Shown: positions 53,501 through 63,383 of the stretch, in pieces
Layout: every line of letters begins with the position of its first letter
How positions within the stretch are numbered: position 1 is the first letter of the stretch
Assembly (NCBI GenBank): GCA_964106915.2
Contig: OZ066917.1
Direction: 5' to 3' (one strand)
DNA: 64,000 nt
From: Podarcis gaigeae
Lineage: Eukaryota
Program-made: the position numbers and the translations under genes
Notes under the pieces: model-generated
Database searches by the model: none
Told to the model about the DNA's origin: nothing
Seen by the model: the letters and a program-made list of their open reading frames with translations, nothing else

Positions 53501-56500
53501 ATGAAGGTGGGGGAAACGTCCATATTCCTGCAAATGTAATCTCTCAGCATTTCCAGTATTTAAACGTAAATGGTTGTTAATTTAGCCACTTAAGCATTTA
53601 CGGTTGCCTTGGAACAACCATACAATATACCCTGTAACTATTTCTAGGACTGAATCTTATTAAGGTTCCCTGAAAGCAAAACTCAACACCTGCTGAGAAG
53701 ATTTGGAACTGCACTGCTATTTGTATACACACTTCAGCCCCTCAGAAGTGATTCAAAAGGTAATGCAAGGCACACAGTTCAAAGGAAATGTGCCTGCTAT
53801 GGCAGCATGTAATTTTTAAAAAATTCTATGCGAAATGACTGGTCACTGACAGATCCAACAGGACCTGCTACACAGCTGTCTTTAGAGGCTGCTTGCCTCA
53901 TTCAACATCAACCTGTCAAAGGTTAACAGGAATTTCTAGCTTTCTGTGGAGTGCTTGTTCTTCCCACACAAGCCACCCCTGCATTTCCAAGGTTCTAAAA
54001 TACACAGAGTAGCAGCTGTTTGCTTTAGAAATATAGTCTAAAAACAGAGCTTTCTATAAATAAGACCACTTCTACTATTAGTCACTCTATTTTTGTTGCA
54101 CAACAACCTGTGAAAGTCTTATCTTTAGCAGCTGTTTCACACTGACTACCAGGTACTGTAATTCAAAACTGATTTCATGCAAAAAAGAAGAAGTGAAGAA
54201 TGAAGCTTTTAAAGCACTGCAGTACCATTAATGAAATGGATAAACAGATTTCTTAGTGGGCTGAAATCAAGGCAAACTATGTGACGGCAAGAGTTATCCT
54301 TGGTTTCAACCTATGAGCTACTCAAGCATTATTTAGCCTCAGGAACCAATCATCCAAACACCAAGCAGGCTCTACTAATTCTGTTGTGCAGCATTGAGAT
54401 GTTCAATAGGTTTTCAGTTTTTTCATCAGAAGCTCGAGGTGGATAACACAGTCTTCTAATTCAAGTATGTACCAACATTCACAAGGAGCCCATAGTAGCA
54501 TAGTTATTATCCCTTTCATTCACACAATAAACCTTTGAGAGGGTTAGGTTGTAAGAAAATGACAGGCATAGAGTCAACAAACTTTATGGCTGAGTGGGAG
54601 TTTGAACCTCAGGCTCTTAATTAATTGATATACTTGTATAAAAGTTTGGATTTTAAATACTTCCAGAAATAAATATATACCACAATGGCTATTTATCGTA
54701 GCAGAGAGTTTTGCAGCTAAATTGATCCAAGTTAGTTTTTTATTAATTGAATTTATATACTGCCCTATATCTGGAGGTCTCAGGGCGGCTGGGTAAACAT
54801 AAAACTGTTAATGTAGGTTTGCTTAAGCTGGGCATGAATTTTAATCTCTCTGAGACTGTATCCCAATTGTAGGCTGGCTGACTAGAAGGAATAGCTACTG
54901 AACCCTCCCAGATCCATAGACACCCATCAGAGGACTTATATAAGGCTTGACACATGGGGTTCCTGCATTGTACAGACCATTACATTCCAGCAGGGGTTTT
55001 GTCTATTAGCAGAGGAAGCTAGTCATGGATTACTCTTGGCTATGAAAGATTCAGGAGTCTGCTACAAGCATTATTTCATTTGTACAGTCTTGTCAGAAAC
55101 ACAGATGGCACAGCTCTGGTAGGAGAGAATTTTCTGTTTTGGGCTCCTTGTATTATTTAACCCAGCTTTGCAACTAATGCCATGGAAACTTACGGAGTTG
55201 CTATCGCTTTTCTTAAAGAGAGAGCGTATGCACTCATGAAACCCACCTAAAGCTAATTATGTTGTTTGCAATATTAAAAGTTTACATTACTTTATTATAA
55301 TACCACTGTAAAAATAGCTTGCCTCACTTGTTTTCAGCTAATATATGTTTAACTGCCTCAATCTTCTCTATATTCATATTGGGTAAGGAAACCATAGTCT
55401 GACAACATGAAAGTGGTATAAAAGAGTTGTCTTAAATAGAATACAAAAGACAAAACCTATAGCTATAACCAGTGCTTTTTTCTATAAAAATGTTTAGTGG
55501 TACTCTCATTTTCCTACTCATATTGAAATACTGCCCCTCAATGAGGCCAAACTTAGACCCCTAAAATGTTTAGGGTATACATACCCCCTGCGTCCCCCCC
55601 ATAAAAAAAAACACTGGCAGTAACAAAAAAAATGGCTTAGATAAATTTTGTTGTGCTTATTTCAAACCAACAACCCCTTCCCCAAACACATGTAAAAAGG
55701 GTATTGGATGTTAATCAGCCAAAAGCCTAGTTGAAGAGGAACATTTTTGCCTGGCGCCTAAAGGTTTTTAATGAAGGCACCAGCTGAACCTCCCCACCGG
55801 AGTATTCCACAAAGGTCCATTCTTCTGCTGCCACCCGCCGGACCTCTCATGTGGAGGAGGCACACGAAGAAGGGCATCAGAAAATGATGTCAGGGTCCAG
55901 GTAGGTTCATATGGAGAGAAGAGGTCCTTGAGGTATTGTGGCCCTGAGCTGTTTAAGGCTTAATTGGTCAAACCAGCACTCTGCATTGTTCCTCCGGTGA
56001 GCAACCTGGCCACCGAATTCTGCACCAGCCAAAGTTTCTGAACTGTTTTCAGAGGCAGTCCTACATAAAACTTTGATTTGACAGTCACTTTGACGAGTGG
56101 ATCTGCACAATGCACCAAGGTGAACTGCAACTCATTAATCAGTGCCACATTTATGAAAGAGACATAGATTTCTTCAGAGTTGAGTCCCCTGACATAAAAA
56201 GCTCTTTGCCACTCTGTATACAGCTCTTAGCATTTGATAAGTCCAATGTGACAGGAAGCTTGAATGGAAGAATGATTGACAGTAAGGGAGTGGAATGGAA
56301 TGCTGGGCGGAGCTAAGAGTGAGTGACAGTTTGAGTGCGGCTGCTGGAAAAAGACAGTTGGAATGTGGGTGCTTTTAACAGCTGTATAGCAACATAATTC
56401 AGCAGTTCCCCATCACTACATCTCCAGGCTGGGGGAAACAGAACCTGTTTTATCTGCTGCATGACAGGCAGAAATATAGGGAGCCTGTCAGGAAAAAGTG

Positions 56501-59500
56501 ACAAACCTAGACCCTAGTTTGTAATGCCCTACTCATGCAAAGGGGTCTCTATGCAGTCAAGGGGTAGCAGAACCATGCCACAGGTCTCATCTGTGAGGTT
56601 TACCCTGCCTTGACATCTAGGTATTACCCATGGATGTCTGCATAGGTGCACACCAGGGGCAGAGAAAACAATTTAATCTTGGGGAACATCACAGACCAAC
56701 TCTCCCTTGATTACATGGAAACCCCATCATGCGAGTAACACATAAAGAAGGCTACGGATTAGGAAGATTCTGCAGCATATACTCTTAAATAGTCTAAAAA
56801 TTTGCTTATCCAGGAAGAGTACAGCACTGTCATTCCTGTGTATGTCTTATCTCTTATGAGCCCTGATGTCTTCTGTCTGTATTACTGAAGATGAAGTCCA
56901 GTCTTAGATGAATGGAAGCATAAAGAAGTCTTGCTTTCTTTAAAGCATGTTGTAAATTCAGAACTATGTGTGTGTGTAGTCCTGGGATAAGTGGACTGAT
57001 GAGGCAGATTCACTTAGGCGAGAAGGCAAGAGAAAAACAGAGGTAGTAAAGTGCCTACTCTAGAATCATATATGAGCTCTCATGAGCCTTAAATTATTCA
57101 GTCCTAGTCCAGCTCCCTGTTGTCAGCCAATAGAACTGTTGCCCAAATAAATCTTGTTTAATTAATGGTATGAAACCTAGTTAATTGTTTGATTGATTAA
57201 ATTAAATTAGTTTGCATATGAAAAATAGGGGAAATACGTTTGTTTTTAGATTATGCAGTGGGTATAATCTTAGAAAATGCATTCTGCCTCCTCAGAATGA
57301 AGGGAATGCTTGCAGTATGTAGGTAGTATAAATATTAAAAATAAAGTTTTTACTTTTTTTAAAAAATCATCTGCTTGATAAATCAAGGGCACCTTTCTGA
57401 TTGACATAAATATGTTAGTTGATAAATGGATCTACTAGTTAAATATTTCTGCCACAACAACATCTAAGCTTGATGTTCTTCTAGCAACACTTCTATATCT
57501 ATTTTCTCTTGCTGTCCCCAAGAGATTGCTTTAACTGCTGTTCATTTAACCTCTGCTTTTACAACTCTCCTGATAACAAGGGCATGACCCATCGTTTTAG
57601 GAACACAGCACCAGATGACACTATGAAGCATATATGAAATAACAACTCGTTACCTGAACCTGATAATTCTCTGCATGTTTGCTTGGAAGCAAGATCCATG
57701 AAGCTCAGTGAGATTTAGTTTTGAGTAAACATGTACAGGACCAGACTGCATGTACAAAAGAAACAACATGTTTTATTGTGTTGGCATCTGTTTAGTAAAA
57801 AAAAGAACCTTCAAATGACTAAAAATGAGGTAGACTGTAAAGAAACTTTTTTTTTAACTAAAATAATATGTGTTGATTACAAAGACTGATCCTACAAGGA
57901 TTTACTTGGTTCAATGTGGCTTACTTCCAGGTAATGTGAACTGTGACCTTAAGCATATTTAATAACCTGAAGCATATTTATTTAGTTTATATACTTTTTA
58001 GAGACCCCATTCAAATGGTGCATTACCACAATGCATAAGAAAATTCATATTTTTTATGAAAATTAAAATACTGAAAATCAATAAAATTTAAAACAAACAG
58101 CAAGAGCTAAACGATCAAGTGAGCGTCACTAAAAGGATGATGAGAAGCTGAGGATGATGTCTGAAAGGAAATCAAAGAGGGGGTCATATGCACTTCATGG
58201 AGGAAGAAACTACAGCTGAGGAGTCAGCGCTGGAAAAGGTTTGTCCCTGATACCCACTAGCAAGTTAGCTCATTAAGGGAAAGCAACAGAGCAGGGCCTC
58301 TACTGTCAGCCCCAACACCTGGGTAGGTAAAAATGGTACTTCAAATTAATTGGTTCCAAACCATTTAAAGGTTAAGAACATAACATTAAACTGAGCTTGA
58401 ATATGAATAGACAGCCAATGCAACTGGCAGGGAATAGGTGTACATGATCAAAGCGCTTGACTCCCAAAAGCATCCTGGTGGCTGTTATATGCTATTTGGA
58501 TCTTCAGAGACAGCCCATAGTGATCTAACCAGAAACACTTCTGAAGTTTAGCCATACAAGATATCTGGATCACTGGGTCACACACCACAATTACCCAAGA
58601 GTCCAGTGTCGCTGTCAAGCATTAACCCACATACCTGTTTGGTAAGAGTTTCCAAAATATTCTGGAGTTGTCAGCTTTAAATCACATTTTGGAGTTGTCC
58701 TGGAATGGCCCTACTTATTTCCCTTACACTACCATTTAAGTGTACGTGGTTTAATTAAGCATGGTAATTTGTGTCATATACTATTGAGCAAAGCTGCATG
58801 TTATCAACAAAGTTATTATATTTAGAGCACACACTGAATAATGCCAAAAGCAAGAACCTTTCTAGGTGCGGTTGTCACCCATTCGTTATGTCAAATCCAG
58901 ACACAGTCTGTATTGAGCGTCTGTTGTAGTGTTATTGCATCTTCGCAGCACTAAATGCTTTATTTTTACTAATTGGAAAATGCATAACATATTTACTGCA
59001 AAAGCCTGGGCAACTACTGATTACTGTGTACTTTGCTATGGCCACACAACCTCTGTGTTTTTGTGTGTGTGGCATAGTCTCTATTGGACCAACAGCCTCT
59101 ACACTATAATAAAAACAGAAGGTAAAAGGTAAAGGACCCCTGGATGGTTAAGTCCAATCAAAGGGACTATGGGGTGCGGTGCTCATCTCGCTTCAGGCCG
59201 AGGGAGACGGCGTTTGTCCGCAGACTGCTTTCTGGGTCATGTGGCCAGCATGACTAAACCGCTTCTGGCACCGAGGAACAGAACACACGGAAAAGCTGTT
59301 TACCTTCCTGCAGCAGCAGTACCTATTTATCTACTTGCACTGGTGTGCTTTTGAACTGCTAGGTTGGCAGAATATTGGGCTAGTTGAGCCTTTGGCCTGA
59401 TTCAGCAGAGTTCCTCTTTGGTTCTTAAGGCAGCTTACATGTCACATTAAAAAGCACAATCCTATGCATGCTTATACAGTGATTAATCCCATTACTGTAT

Positions 59501-60450
59501 GTTCAGTGGAGCACAATACAACCATTGCACACAGGTATAGGATTGTGCTGTCATATTTTTTTAAGTGCCACAAGGCATTACTGCATTTGGCCACCTCACA
59601 TTTTAGGTCTTTGGTGGCTCTCTTCTCTTGGTGCACCTCAACACTGGAATACCCCTCCTGCTATGTGTTTTGTTTGTTGATTACTGTTATTATTACCCCT
59701 TGCCATAGGAAGAATCCCACGCACGGAAAGCGCGGGGGGCGCTTGCCCATTTAAGCAAAAAAGCCAGCGCTAGAGCTCTCGTCCATCCTTATTACAAAGG
59801 ATAGGAAGAGAACCGGAGGGAGAAGCGTCTGGGCGAGCGGGAAAGTAGCGAACAGCGGCCCCTGGGGGGCGACTCCCTGACGGGAATTTGGGGAACGCGG
59901 CGCGCGAATAGACAGAGCGAACGGGCGAGGCGGCGGGGGACTGTCGGGGAAGAGGGAACCGCTTGACCGGCCATTCAACCAAATTTCGGCCGCGGGGGGG
60001 AGGCTGGGACGGTACTGGGACAAAGCGGCGATAAGCAGGCAACTGCCCGAAGCAGTCCGGGCAGCGGAATAGGCGGCGAGGTCGCCTCACGTGGGGCCAC
60101 CTCAGGGGCAACAAAGCCTGACTCGGTTCATATGGCGGGAAAACAAAAGGCTGCCCCCCCCCCTCGAGCGCGGGGCGAGAGCCAAGTACCTTTTCTCCGG
60201 TCACGACGTGCAGCCCTTCCCGCACTTTGGCGAAGGACCCCTCGCCCAACTTCCTTCCGATCAGGTAATTGCCCACGCGCTTGGTGTGCTGGAACTCGCG
60301 GAGCCGCTCCCGGGACGCGGCCGCGTTGACCCAGGCGGCCAGGAACGTCCCCTCGGGGCTGAGGGGGGGCGTCGTGGGCTCGTCGCCGCCGTCGCCGAAG
60401 CTCGCCGCGGGGGGCTCGCTCAGGAGCCCGTCGCCAGCAGCCGCCGGCAT
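6706..60450 (-). CDS. HUNK: HUNK serine/threonine kinase, spliced CDS join(60190-60450,39708-40000,34422-34477,31570-31705,29832-29959,20654-20783,16148-16316,11642-11722,8647-8824,6706-7373), 699 aa; a possible extra small exon lies between 8824 and 11642
   Basis: Exon lengths 261+293+56+136+128+130+169+81+178+668=2100 nt, all GT-AG and phase-compatible. Kinase motifs [23 protein letters not shown] and [13 protein letters not shown] are present. The N-terminus [10 protein letters not shown] and the C-terminal block [21 protein letters not shown] match HUNK as I recall it. Confidence 0.96.
8380..8555. repeat. Two adjacent copies of a short (~80 bp) squamate palindromic interspersed repeat (ATCCTATGCA...TAC...GGAGTAA.CCCA.TGAA...AGGATTG type)
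   Basis: The same motif recurs near 17290-17555, 43437-43500, 57667-57750, 57888-57935, 59457-59545 and 62325-62405. Confidence 0.6.
8647..8824 (-). CDS. HUNK: HUNK penultimate coding exon ([20 protein letters not shown]...[25 protein letters not shown])
   Basis: Acceptor TTTTAAATTTGAAG|GAC; donor G|GTAAGT; 178 nt; DKK.KEQE and TQIQ.TKALL match HUNK. Confidence 0.92.
11374..11402. repeat. (TTTA)n microsatellite, probably a retroposon tail
   Basis: Directly visible. Confidence 0.9.
11460..11534 (-). CDS. HUNK: Candidate HUNK exon 9 ([25 protein letters not shown]), uncertain
   Basis: CAG|AGG ... GGG|GTAATC; 75 nt, phase 0-0, open. It loosely resembles mammalian ASLDTWTRDLEFHAVQ (from memory), but the acceptor lacks a polypyrimidine tract. 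Confidence 0.3.
11642..11722 (-). CDS. HUNK: HUNK coding exon 8 ([27 protein letters not shown])
   Basis: Acceptor TTTATCCTTCCAG|AAG; donor GAG|GTAAAC; 81 nt, phase 0-0; IEKY...YE resembles mammalian IEKYRAPKESYE (from memory). Confidence 0.85.
13572..13608. repeat. (AC)n microsatellite
   Basis: Directly visible. Confidence 0.95.
14233..14869. mobile_element. PIF/Harbinger-like MITE interrupted by an L1 fragment
   Basis: TAA followed by GGCTGCATACACA; perfect 26-bp inverted repeat at 14236-14261 and 14841-14866. Confidence 0.7.
14381..14816 (+). mobile_element. L1-type LINE 3' end (ORF2 C-terminal remnant plus 3' UTR) with TSD
   Basis: Remnant [13 protein letters not shown]...KFKDHL resembles squamate L1 ORF2 ends; flanked by AAGGTAACAAA (14370-14380) and AAGGGAACAAA (14817-14827). 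Confidence 0.7.
15937..16140 (-). mobile_element. L2 LINE 3' end with (TAA)n tail
   Basis: (TTA)n run followed by GCCCT...GGTCTCAGGGCGGTTCACA, the same terminus as 54740-54795; the distal part resembles 55660-55725. Confidence 0.75.
16148..16316 (-). CDS. HUNK: HUNK coding exon 7, UBA/SNH domain ([56 protein letters not shown])
   Basis: Acceptor CTCTTCATTTAG|A; donor AGA|GTAAGT; 169 nt; UBA-like M..LGY motif of AMPK-related kinases. Confidence 0.94.
16594..16625. repeat. (AAAT)n microsatellite
   Basis: Directly visible. Confidence 0.95.
18373..19264. mobile_element. Tc1/mariner (Tc2-like) MITE, 892 bp, with internal GC-rich minisatellite
   Basis: TA TSDs at 18371-72 and 19265-66; TIRs CCGTATTTTTC...GAAAAATACGG; repeated subterminal ATAGGACGCAC motifs. 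Confidence 0.9.
18480..19100. repeat. GC-rich minisatellite, ~117-bp unit, about 5 copies with one partial duplication
   Basis: Anchor CCCAAGCCT at about 18482, 18561, 18731, 18847 and 18965; each unit consists of two palindromes. Confidence 0.9.
19699..19883. repeat. Degenerate inverted repeat (old MITE remnant)
   Basis: TGTTGCTCACCTGCC pairs with GGCAGGTGAGCAACA; CATCACTGCTGGTTCCTGA pairs with TCAGGAACCTGCAGTGATG. Confidence 0.6.
20003..20095 (-). mobile_element. CR1 LINE 3' end
   Basis: TTAGAATCTTAG..TTGGAAGGGACCCAAGGGTCATCT.GTCCAACCCCCTG is the reverse complement of the CR1 terminal stem-loop and octamer tail. Confidence 0.8.
20508..20551. repeat. (AC)n microsatellite about 100 bp from the exon 6 donor
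   Basis: Directly visible. Confidence 0.95.
20654..20783 (-). CDS. HUNK: HUNK coding exon 6 ((A)[42 protein letters not shown](R))
   Basis: Acceptor TGTCTTTACAG|CG; donor AG|GTAAAC; 130 nt; kinase subdomain XI. Confidence 0.95.
21030..21176 (-). mobile_element. Old tRNA-head SINE with CR1-like tail (similar copy at about 30085-30270)
   Basis: AACATATGAAGCT.CC...ACTGAGT.AGACCA.TGG...TAGCCCAGTACTGTCTAC.CTGACTGGCAG pattern. Confidence 0.55.
22549..23166 (+). mobile_element. LTR-like segment
   Basis: TGTG...GACA bounds with a pyrimidine-rich repetitive U5-like region; no TSD found. Confidence 0.35.
25380..25558 (-). mobile_element. tRNA-Asn-derived SINE with CR1 tail, 5' end folded back into an inverted duplicate
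   Basis: CR1 tail at 25380-25450. The head GGCTGTTAACC.GAAGGTTGGTGGTTCGAGCCCAC matches the 3' half of tRNA-Asn(GTT), with inverted arms at 25468-25508 and 25518-25558. Confidence 0.75.
26455..26586. mobile_element. Old hAT-type MITE
   Basis: Internal inverted symmetry CCAGATATTGTGGACTA...TAGTTCAAAACATCTG, typical of short squamate hAT elements. Confidence 0.5.
26757..27018. mobile_element. hAT-like MITE
   Basis: Termini CAGTGGTAGCTGATGCTCATTAG and CTAATGGACCAGCCTCCACTG are imperfect inverted repeats; the TSD is only partial. Confidence 0.55.
29832..29959 (-). CDS. HUNK: HUNK coding exon 5 ([42 protein letters not shown])
   Basis: Acceptor CTTCTTTTACAG|T; donor G|GTAAAT; 128 nt. The reading frame differs from the ORF-track call at this locus. 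Confidence 0.96.
31570..31705 (-). CDS. HUNK: HUNK coding exon 4 ((D)[44 protein letters not shown](I))
   Basis: Acceptor TTTTTCACAG|AC; donor AT|GTGAGT; 136 nt; DFG to APE activation segment. Confidence 0.97.
33862..34062 (+). mobile_element. tRNA-derived CORE/MIR-like (Squam3-type) SINE
   Basis: A/B-box-like head, CTGGGTGACCTTG..CCAGTCA...CCTACCTCACAAGG core and TATAAAT tail. Confidence 0.75.
34422..34477 (-). CDS. HUNK: HUNK coding exon 3 ((R)[18 protein letters not shown](D))
   Basis: Acceptor TGTCTGTTTCAG|A; donor G|GTATGA; 56 nt; catalytic loop. Too short for the ORF track. Confidence 0.96.
37298..37540 (-). mobile_element. CR1 LINE 3' fragment (related fragments at about 17205-17290, 44810-44865 and 46668-46772)
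   Basis: AACATAA.AAG..CCTGCTG...GAC.AAAGGCCCAT.TAGTCCAGCATCCT.TTCTCACAGTGGCC. The 44810 fragment encodes [12 protein letters not shown] of CR1 ORF2. Confidence 0.7.
38039..38438. mobile_element. Old Harbinger-like MITE
   Basis: Termini GGCTGTGTTCACACATCA and TGACATGTGAACGAGGC; internal AACCATG.TT motifs. Confidence 0.45.
39708..40000 (-). CDS. HUNK: HUNK coding exon 2 ([25 protein letters not shown]...AGVVHR)
   Basis: Acceptor TTTCCCATCAG|GTG; donor AG|GTGAGC; 293 nt; kinase subdomains II-VIa. Confidence 0.97.
40407..40763 (+). mobile_element. Full-length Sauria SINE with 14-bp TSD
   Basis: tRNA-like head GGTGGCGCTGTGGGTTAAACC, body GTAGATAAATAGGTACC and (ACCTTT)n tail; TAAGCAATCCAATT (40393-40406) and TAAGCAATCCAGTT (40764-40777). 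Confidence 0.93.
45293..45523. mobile_element. Tigger/pogo-like MITE nested in the terminus of an older Tc2-like element
   Basis: TA TSDs at 45291-92 and 45524-25; TIRs CAGTGGCACCTTGGGTTA and TAACCCGAGCTACCACTG; internal TAACCTGAA repeats. Confidence 0.85.
53030..53288. mobile_element. Tc2-like MITE, short (259 bp) member of the 18373-19264 family, inserted into a MIR-like SINE
   Basis: TA TSDs; CCATATTTTTCGCTCTATAAGACGCAC...CTATAGAGCAAAAAATACGG; shares both ends with the long copy. Confidence 0.9.
55470..55616. mobile_element. Short hAT MITE (147 bp)
   Basis: TIRs CAGTGCTTTTTT and AAAAAAACACTG; 8-bp flanks GCTATAAC and GCAGTAAC (6/8 match). Confidence 0.7.
55660..56068 (-). mobile_element. 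L2 LINE ORF2 C-terminal remnant
   Basis: Translation [25 protein letters not shown] is the characteristic L2 C-terminal motif. An older L2 relic lies at about 57975-58520. Confidence 0.8.
59119..59371 (-). mobile_element. 5'-truncated Sauria SINE
   Basis: (AAAGGT)n tail plus GGTCATGTGGCCAGCATGACT and TACCTATTTATCTACTTGCAC, the reverse complement of the 40407 copy. Confidence 0.9.
60190..60450 (-). CDS. HUNK: HUNK coding exon 1 ([10 protein letters not shown]...[31 protein letters not shown])
   Basis: ATG at 60448-60450 in context AGG-ATG-C; donor AAG|GTACTT; 261 nt, phase 0; glycine-rich loop. Confidence 0.96.
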
Positions 60451-60451
60451 C

Positions 60452-60470
60452 CTGCTGCTGCTGCTGCTGC
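60452..60470 (-). repeat. (CAG)6 repeat immediately upstream of the HUNK ATG
   Basis: Plus strand CTGCTGCTGCTGCTGCTGC next to CAT at 60448-60450. Confidence 0.9.
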
Positions 60471-63172
60471 TCCCGCCGCCGCAACTCGGTGCAATCAATG
60501 CCTTCTCTTTGCAACCCTTGCTGCGCCAACGAGCTTCTGAGAAACTCGCTTCTTTCTTTCTCTAGCTCCTGCTTCTGCTCCCGCTACTCCCCAAATTCAA
60601 GTCTGCAGCACCAGCCTGCCAATGTGATCGGCACCCGCGTGTGCACGTGGGGACCCGACGGCGGCTGGCTGGCTGCTGAGGCGCACTTTGCCTCTCAGGG
60701 AAATGTCAAGCAAAGAGCAAAACAAGCAAGCAATGAAAAAGCAAAATAACAGAAAAGAAACCCGCTTCGCCAACGGGGTCTGGTGGAGATCTAGCGCGAT
60801 TCGGCCGCCACGAGGAACTGGCCCCGGATCACAGCCGCGCAGCTTTGCAGCCAGGTCCGGCGAGCTGCGAGGCTGAGGCTGTGCACGCCTCACGTTGAAG
60901 AGGGAGCCTGAGCCAGCTCCCGCAGATCAATTGTCTCCAGTCTCCGTGGAAGCCCGTTGGCTGCCTTCCCCTCATTGGATCTGTCGATCACTTTCCCCCT
61001 CCCTCTCGTACCGCCCCTGGCTGCCTCCTTCTCCTGGTGCTGCTGCTTGAGGCTCTCTTCCCCTCTTGCGGAGAAGAGTCTGGGGAGGCGGGGGGGGGGA
61101 GGAGAGAAACGTTTCATTCAGGCTAAATTGGCAGTAATTTAATCCGATCCCTCTGCTGAGAACAGATGCAATGAAAACTCGACAGCAGTCGTGGTCCTTT
61201 AGAAATTCGGGCAGCTCCCCCTGCCTCCCCGTGTTTTTGGTGTAATGCAGATTCAACCCTAAAGCCAAATCGCATCGAGGAGCCCCCTTGCCAGCGAGTT
61301 ATTTACGCCTTCAATTCACGAAGATGCTGCATTTCTCTCTATAATTAGGGCAGTCAAGCCGTGACAGGCGCTCTGCGTGACTCCTTTCGGAGCAAAGCCT
61401 GGTTTATTTTTCTCAAGATCTCTTTTATTCCTTCCCCGATAATATTTTTCTTGTGTTGCTTTGTGCCCCTTTTGTGCTTGAAAGCACTTCACTTTGCTTT
61501 CACTTCTTTGCGGGTGACATGTGCTCCAGAGCTCAGATCGTGACAGCCCTGGCAATAAAAGCATAAGCGGTCCCCACCTCCCCTTTCTGTTGTAAGAAAT
61601 TGAGACTGAAAATGCAGTTACCTTGGCAGCTTAAAGCAAAGGAAAGCCCCGCCTTATATTATACATTATTTTTATTTAGAGCTGCAGCCTCCATTTTATG
61701 TTCTCAGCCCTCTTTTAACAATTCCCAACCTCAGCTTTAGGAAGCATTACATCCTTCATTCTAACTGCTATCTTAAAACGCTCCACACTTCCACAATGCA
61801 ACTTGAGTAAATATAACTACATACAGGGACTATGAATAGTTGAGGAAAGTCACAACTATTGCTTGTGCAAGACAAACTCATAAATAATATCAATGCCCCC
61901 CCCCCCCAGGGCAAATAGAGACAGCCAATCATCCCCTCCATGTGCACAAATCACATCCTAGGCCTTTATTGAGAGTCTGCCAATCCTCAGGTGCCTTTTT
62001 TGGGGGGGATGCAGGAGGCAGGACTGGCAGGCAGGTCCCCCTTTCACTACTGGACTTCTACTTGCGGAGCTTTGGATGCCATTTATAATTAATTGACAAT
62101 TTGCTGTCCTTTAATGGTACCCCCAGATCTGCTACCTGCTATCTCCATCAGAGTGCATTTCGACGAAAAAGGCAATTGCTGGCATCAATAGCCCTAATCC
62201 TTTCTGCAAATGTTGTAATTGCAATACACTCCGTGTGACAATTACCCTGATCACTTGCTGAAATTACTAATTCCATAGTTAAGAAAAGCTTTTTATATAG
62301 AAGTATACAGGAAAAAAAGCTGAAATCATATGCTTTTGTTTACGGGAATTAATCCCTCTGAACTCAGTGTGACTTATTTCTGAATAAACACCCGTAGGAT
62401 TGGGCTATATAAGAATCTAATTTTGTTCCCCCAACGTAGTCTAATGGTAGGTCTGATGGTAACGTAACCTTAGCTTGTGTGCTGATACTGCAAAACTTTG
62501 CATACACCAATAGTACTATCACTAAGTCTTTTAATTGTGATATTTTAATAAGCCAATCACCCTACATCGTATCCCAAGGCTGAATATGGTTCTCATTACC
62601 TGTTTCCATATTCAGCACAGCACAGTAGCCATAAGGTACCTTTTCTACAAATCTAGTTCATTTCTCTCCCAGCTATGTGCAGGTTTTTCAGTTGATATTG
62701 GCCCCCTGAAGATTCAATAGACTGAAGCACTACTTTCCATCTGCCTTGCGTTCTTGTGTTCTTTATCCCAAGCCTCATATATAGTGCACTTAGATCTGTT
62801 TCGCATTGGTTATAATTTGTTCATTGCCAGCCTCTACAGGGATCCATAGGGCTAGTTCCAGATCCATAAACAGAGTGAGAGCTTAAGAGTACATCACAAG
62901 GCAATAATAAAAATAGATAAACAGGTGTTTTATTTGCTTCATGTTTTTATTGTGGCCAGTTTATTTAGCATAGCTGTTACATCAAAGAAAGACATCATCT
63001 GGTCGTATTCATTGATCCAAGGGTAATATGTTAACTTCAACTCTAGAACATTAAAGGAAGTGTTTCAGTTATTTTAAAAACTGGGATTTCCGCAGGGTGT
63101 TGAGTGTGTTGTGAGAACAGGGATCAAAAGTCAATTGCCTGCCCAGTTCCAAACCAGGACTGTAGAGAGAGT

Positions 63173-63383
63173 TACAGATAGGTAGCCGTGTTGGTCTGCC
63201 ATAGTCAAAACAAAAAAATTCCTTCCAGTAGCACCTTAAAGACCAACTAAGTTAGTTCTTGGTATGAGCTTTCGTGTGCATGCACACTTCTTCAGATACA
63301 CTGAAGAAGTGTGCATGCACACGAAAGCTCATACCAAGAACTAACTTAGTTGGTCTTTAAGGTGCTACTGGAAGGATTTTTTT
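63173..63383 (-). mobile_element. Penelope-like element remnant: pLTR 3' end plus inverted partial copy, with 12-bp direct flanks
   Basis: TTAGTTGGTCTTTAAGGTGCTACTGG...AGACCAACACGGCTACC resembles reptile Penelope termini; perfect 76-bp arms at 63220-63295 and 63301-63376; TGTAGAGAGAGT at 63161-63172 and 63384-63395. Confidence 0.85.
63262..63299 (-). ncRNA. Minimal type I hammerhead ribozyme motif (Penelope-associated)
   Basis: Minus strand GUAU-CUGAAGA-A-GUGUG(CAUG)CACAC-GAA-AGCU-C/AUAC: stem I GUAU:AUAC, CUGANGA core, stem II, GAAA, palindromic AGCU stem III and UC cleavage site. Confidence 0.7.

Larger units (their letters stand above)
59720..61400 (-). promoter_or_regulatory. CpG island / HUNK promoter and 5' UTR
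   Basis: Strong GC and CpG enrichment against an AT-rich, CpG-poor background. Minus-strand CCAAT at 60974-60978 and 61127-61131, GC box GGGCGG at 61011-61016, and no minus-strand ATG between 60451 and 60972. The TSS cannot be placed exactly. Confidence 0.85.

Noticed and set aside
59770-60189. Continuation of the 242-aa exon 1 ORF past GEK
   Set aside because: HUNK similarity stops at the AAG|GT donor; the rest is GC-rich intron 1 read-through.
63301-63335. Second functional hammerhead on the plus strand
   Set aside because: The core is intact, but the upstream bases (GATACA) cannot pair with downstream AUACC, so stem I is lost at the inversion junction.
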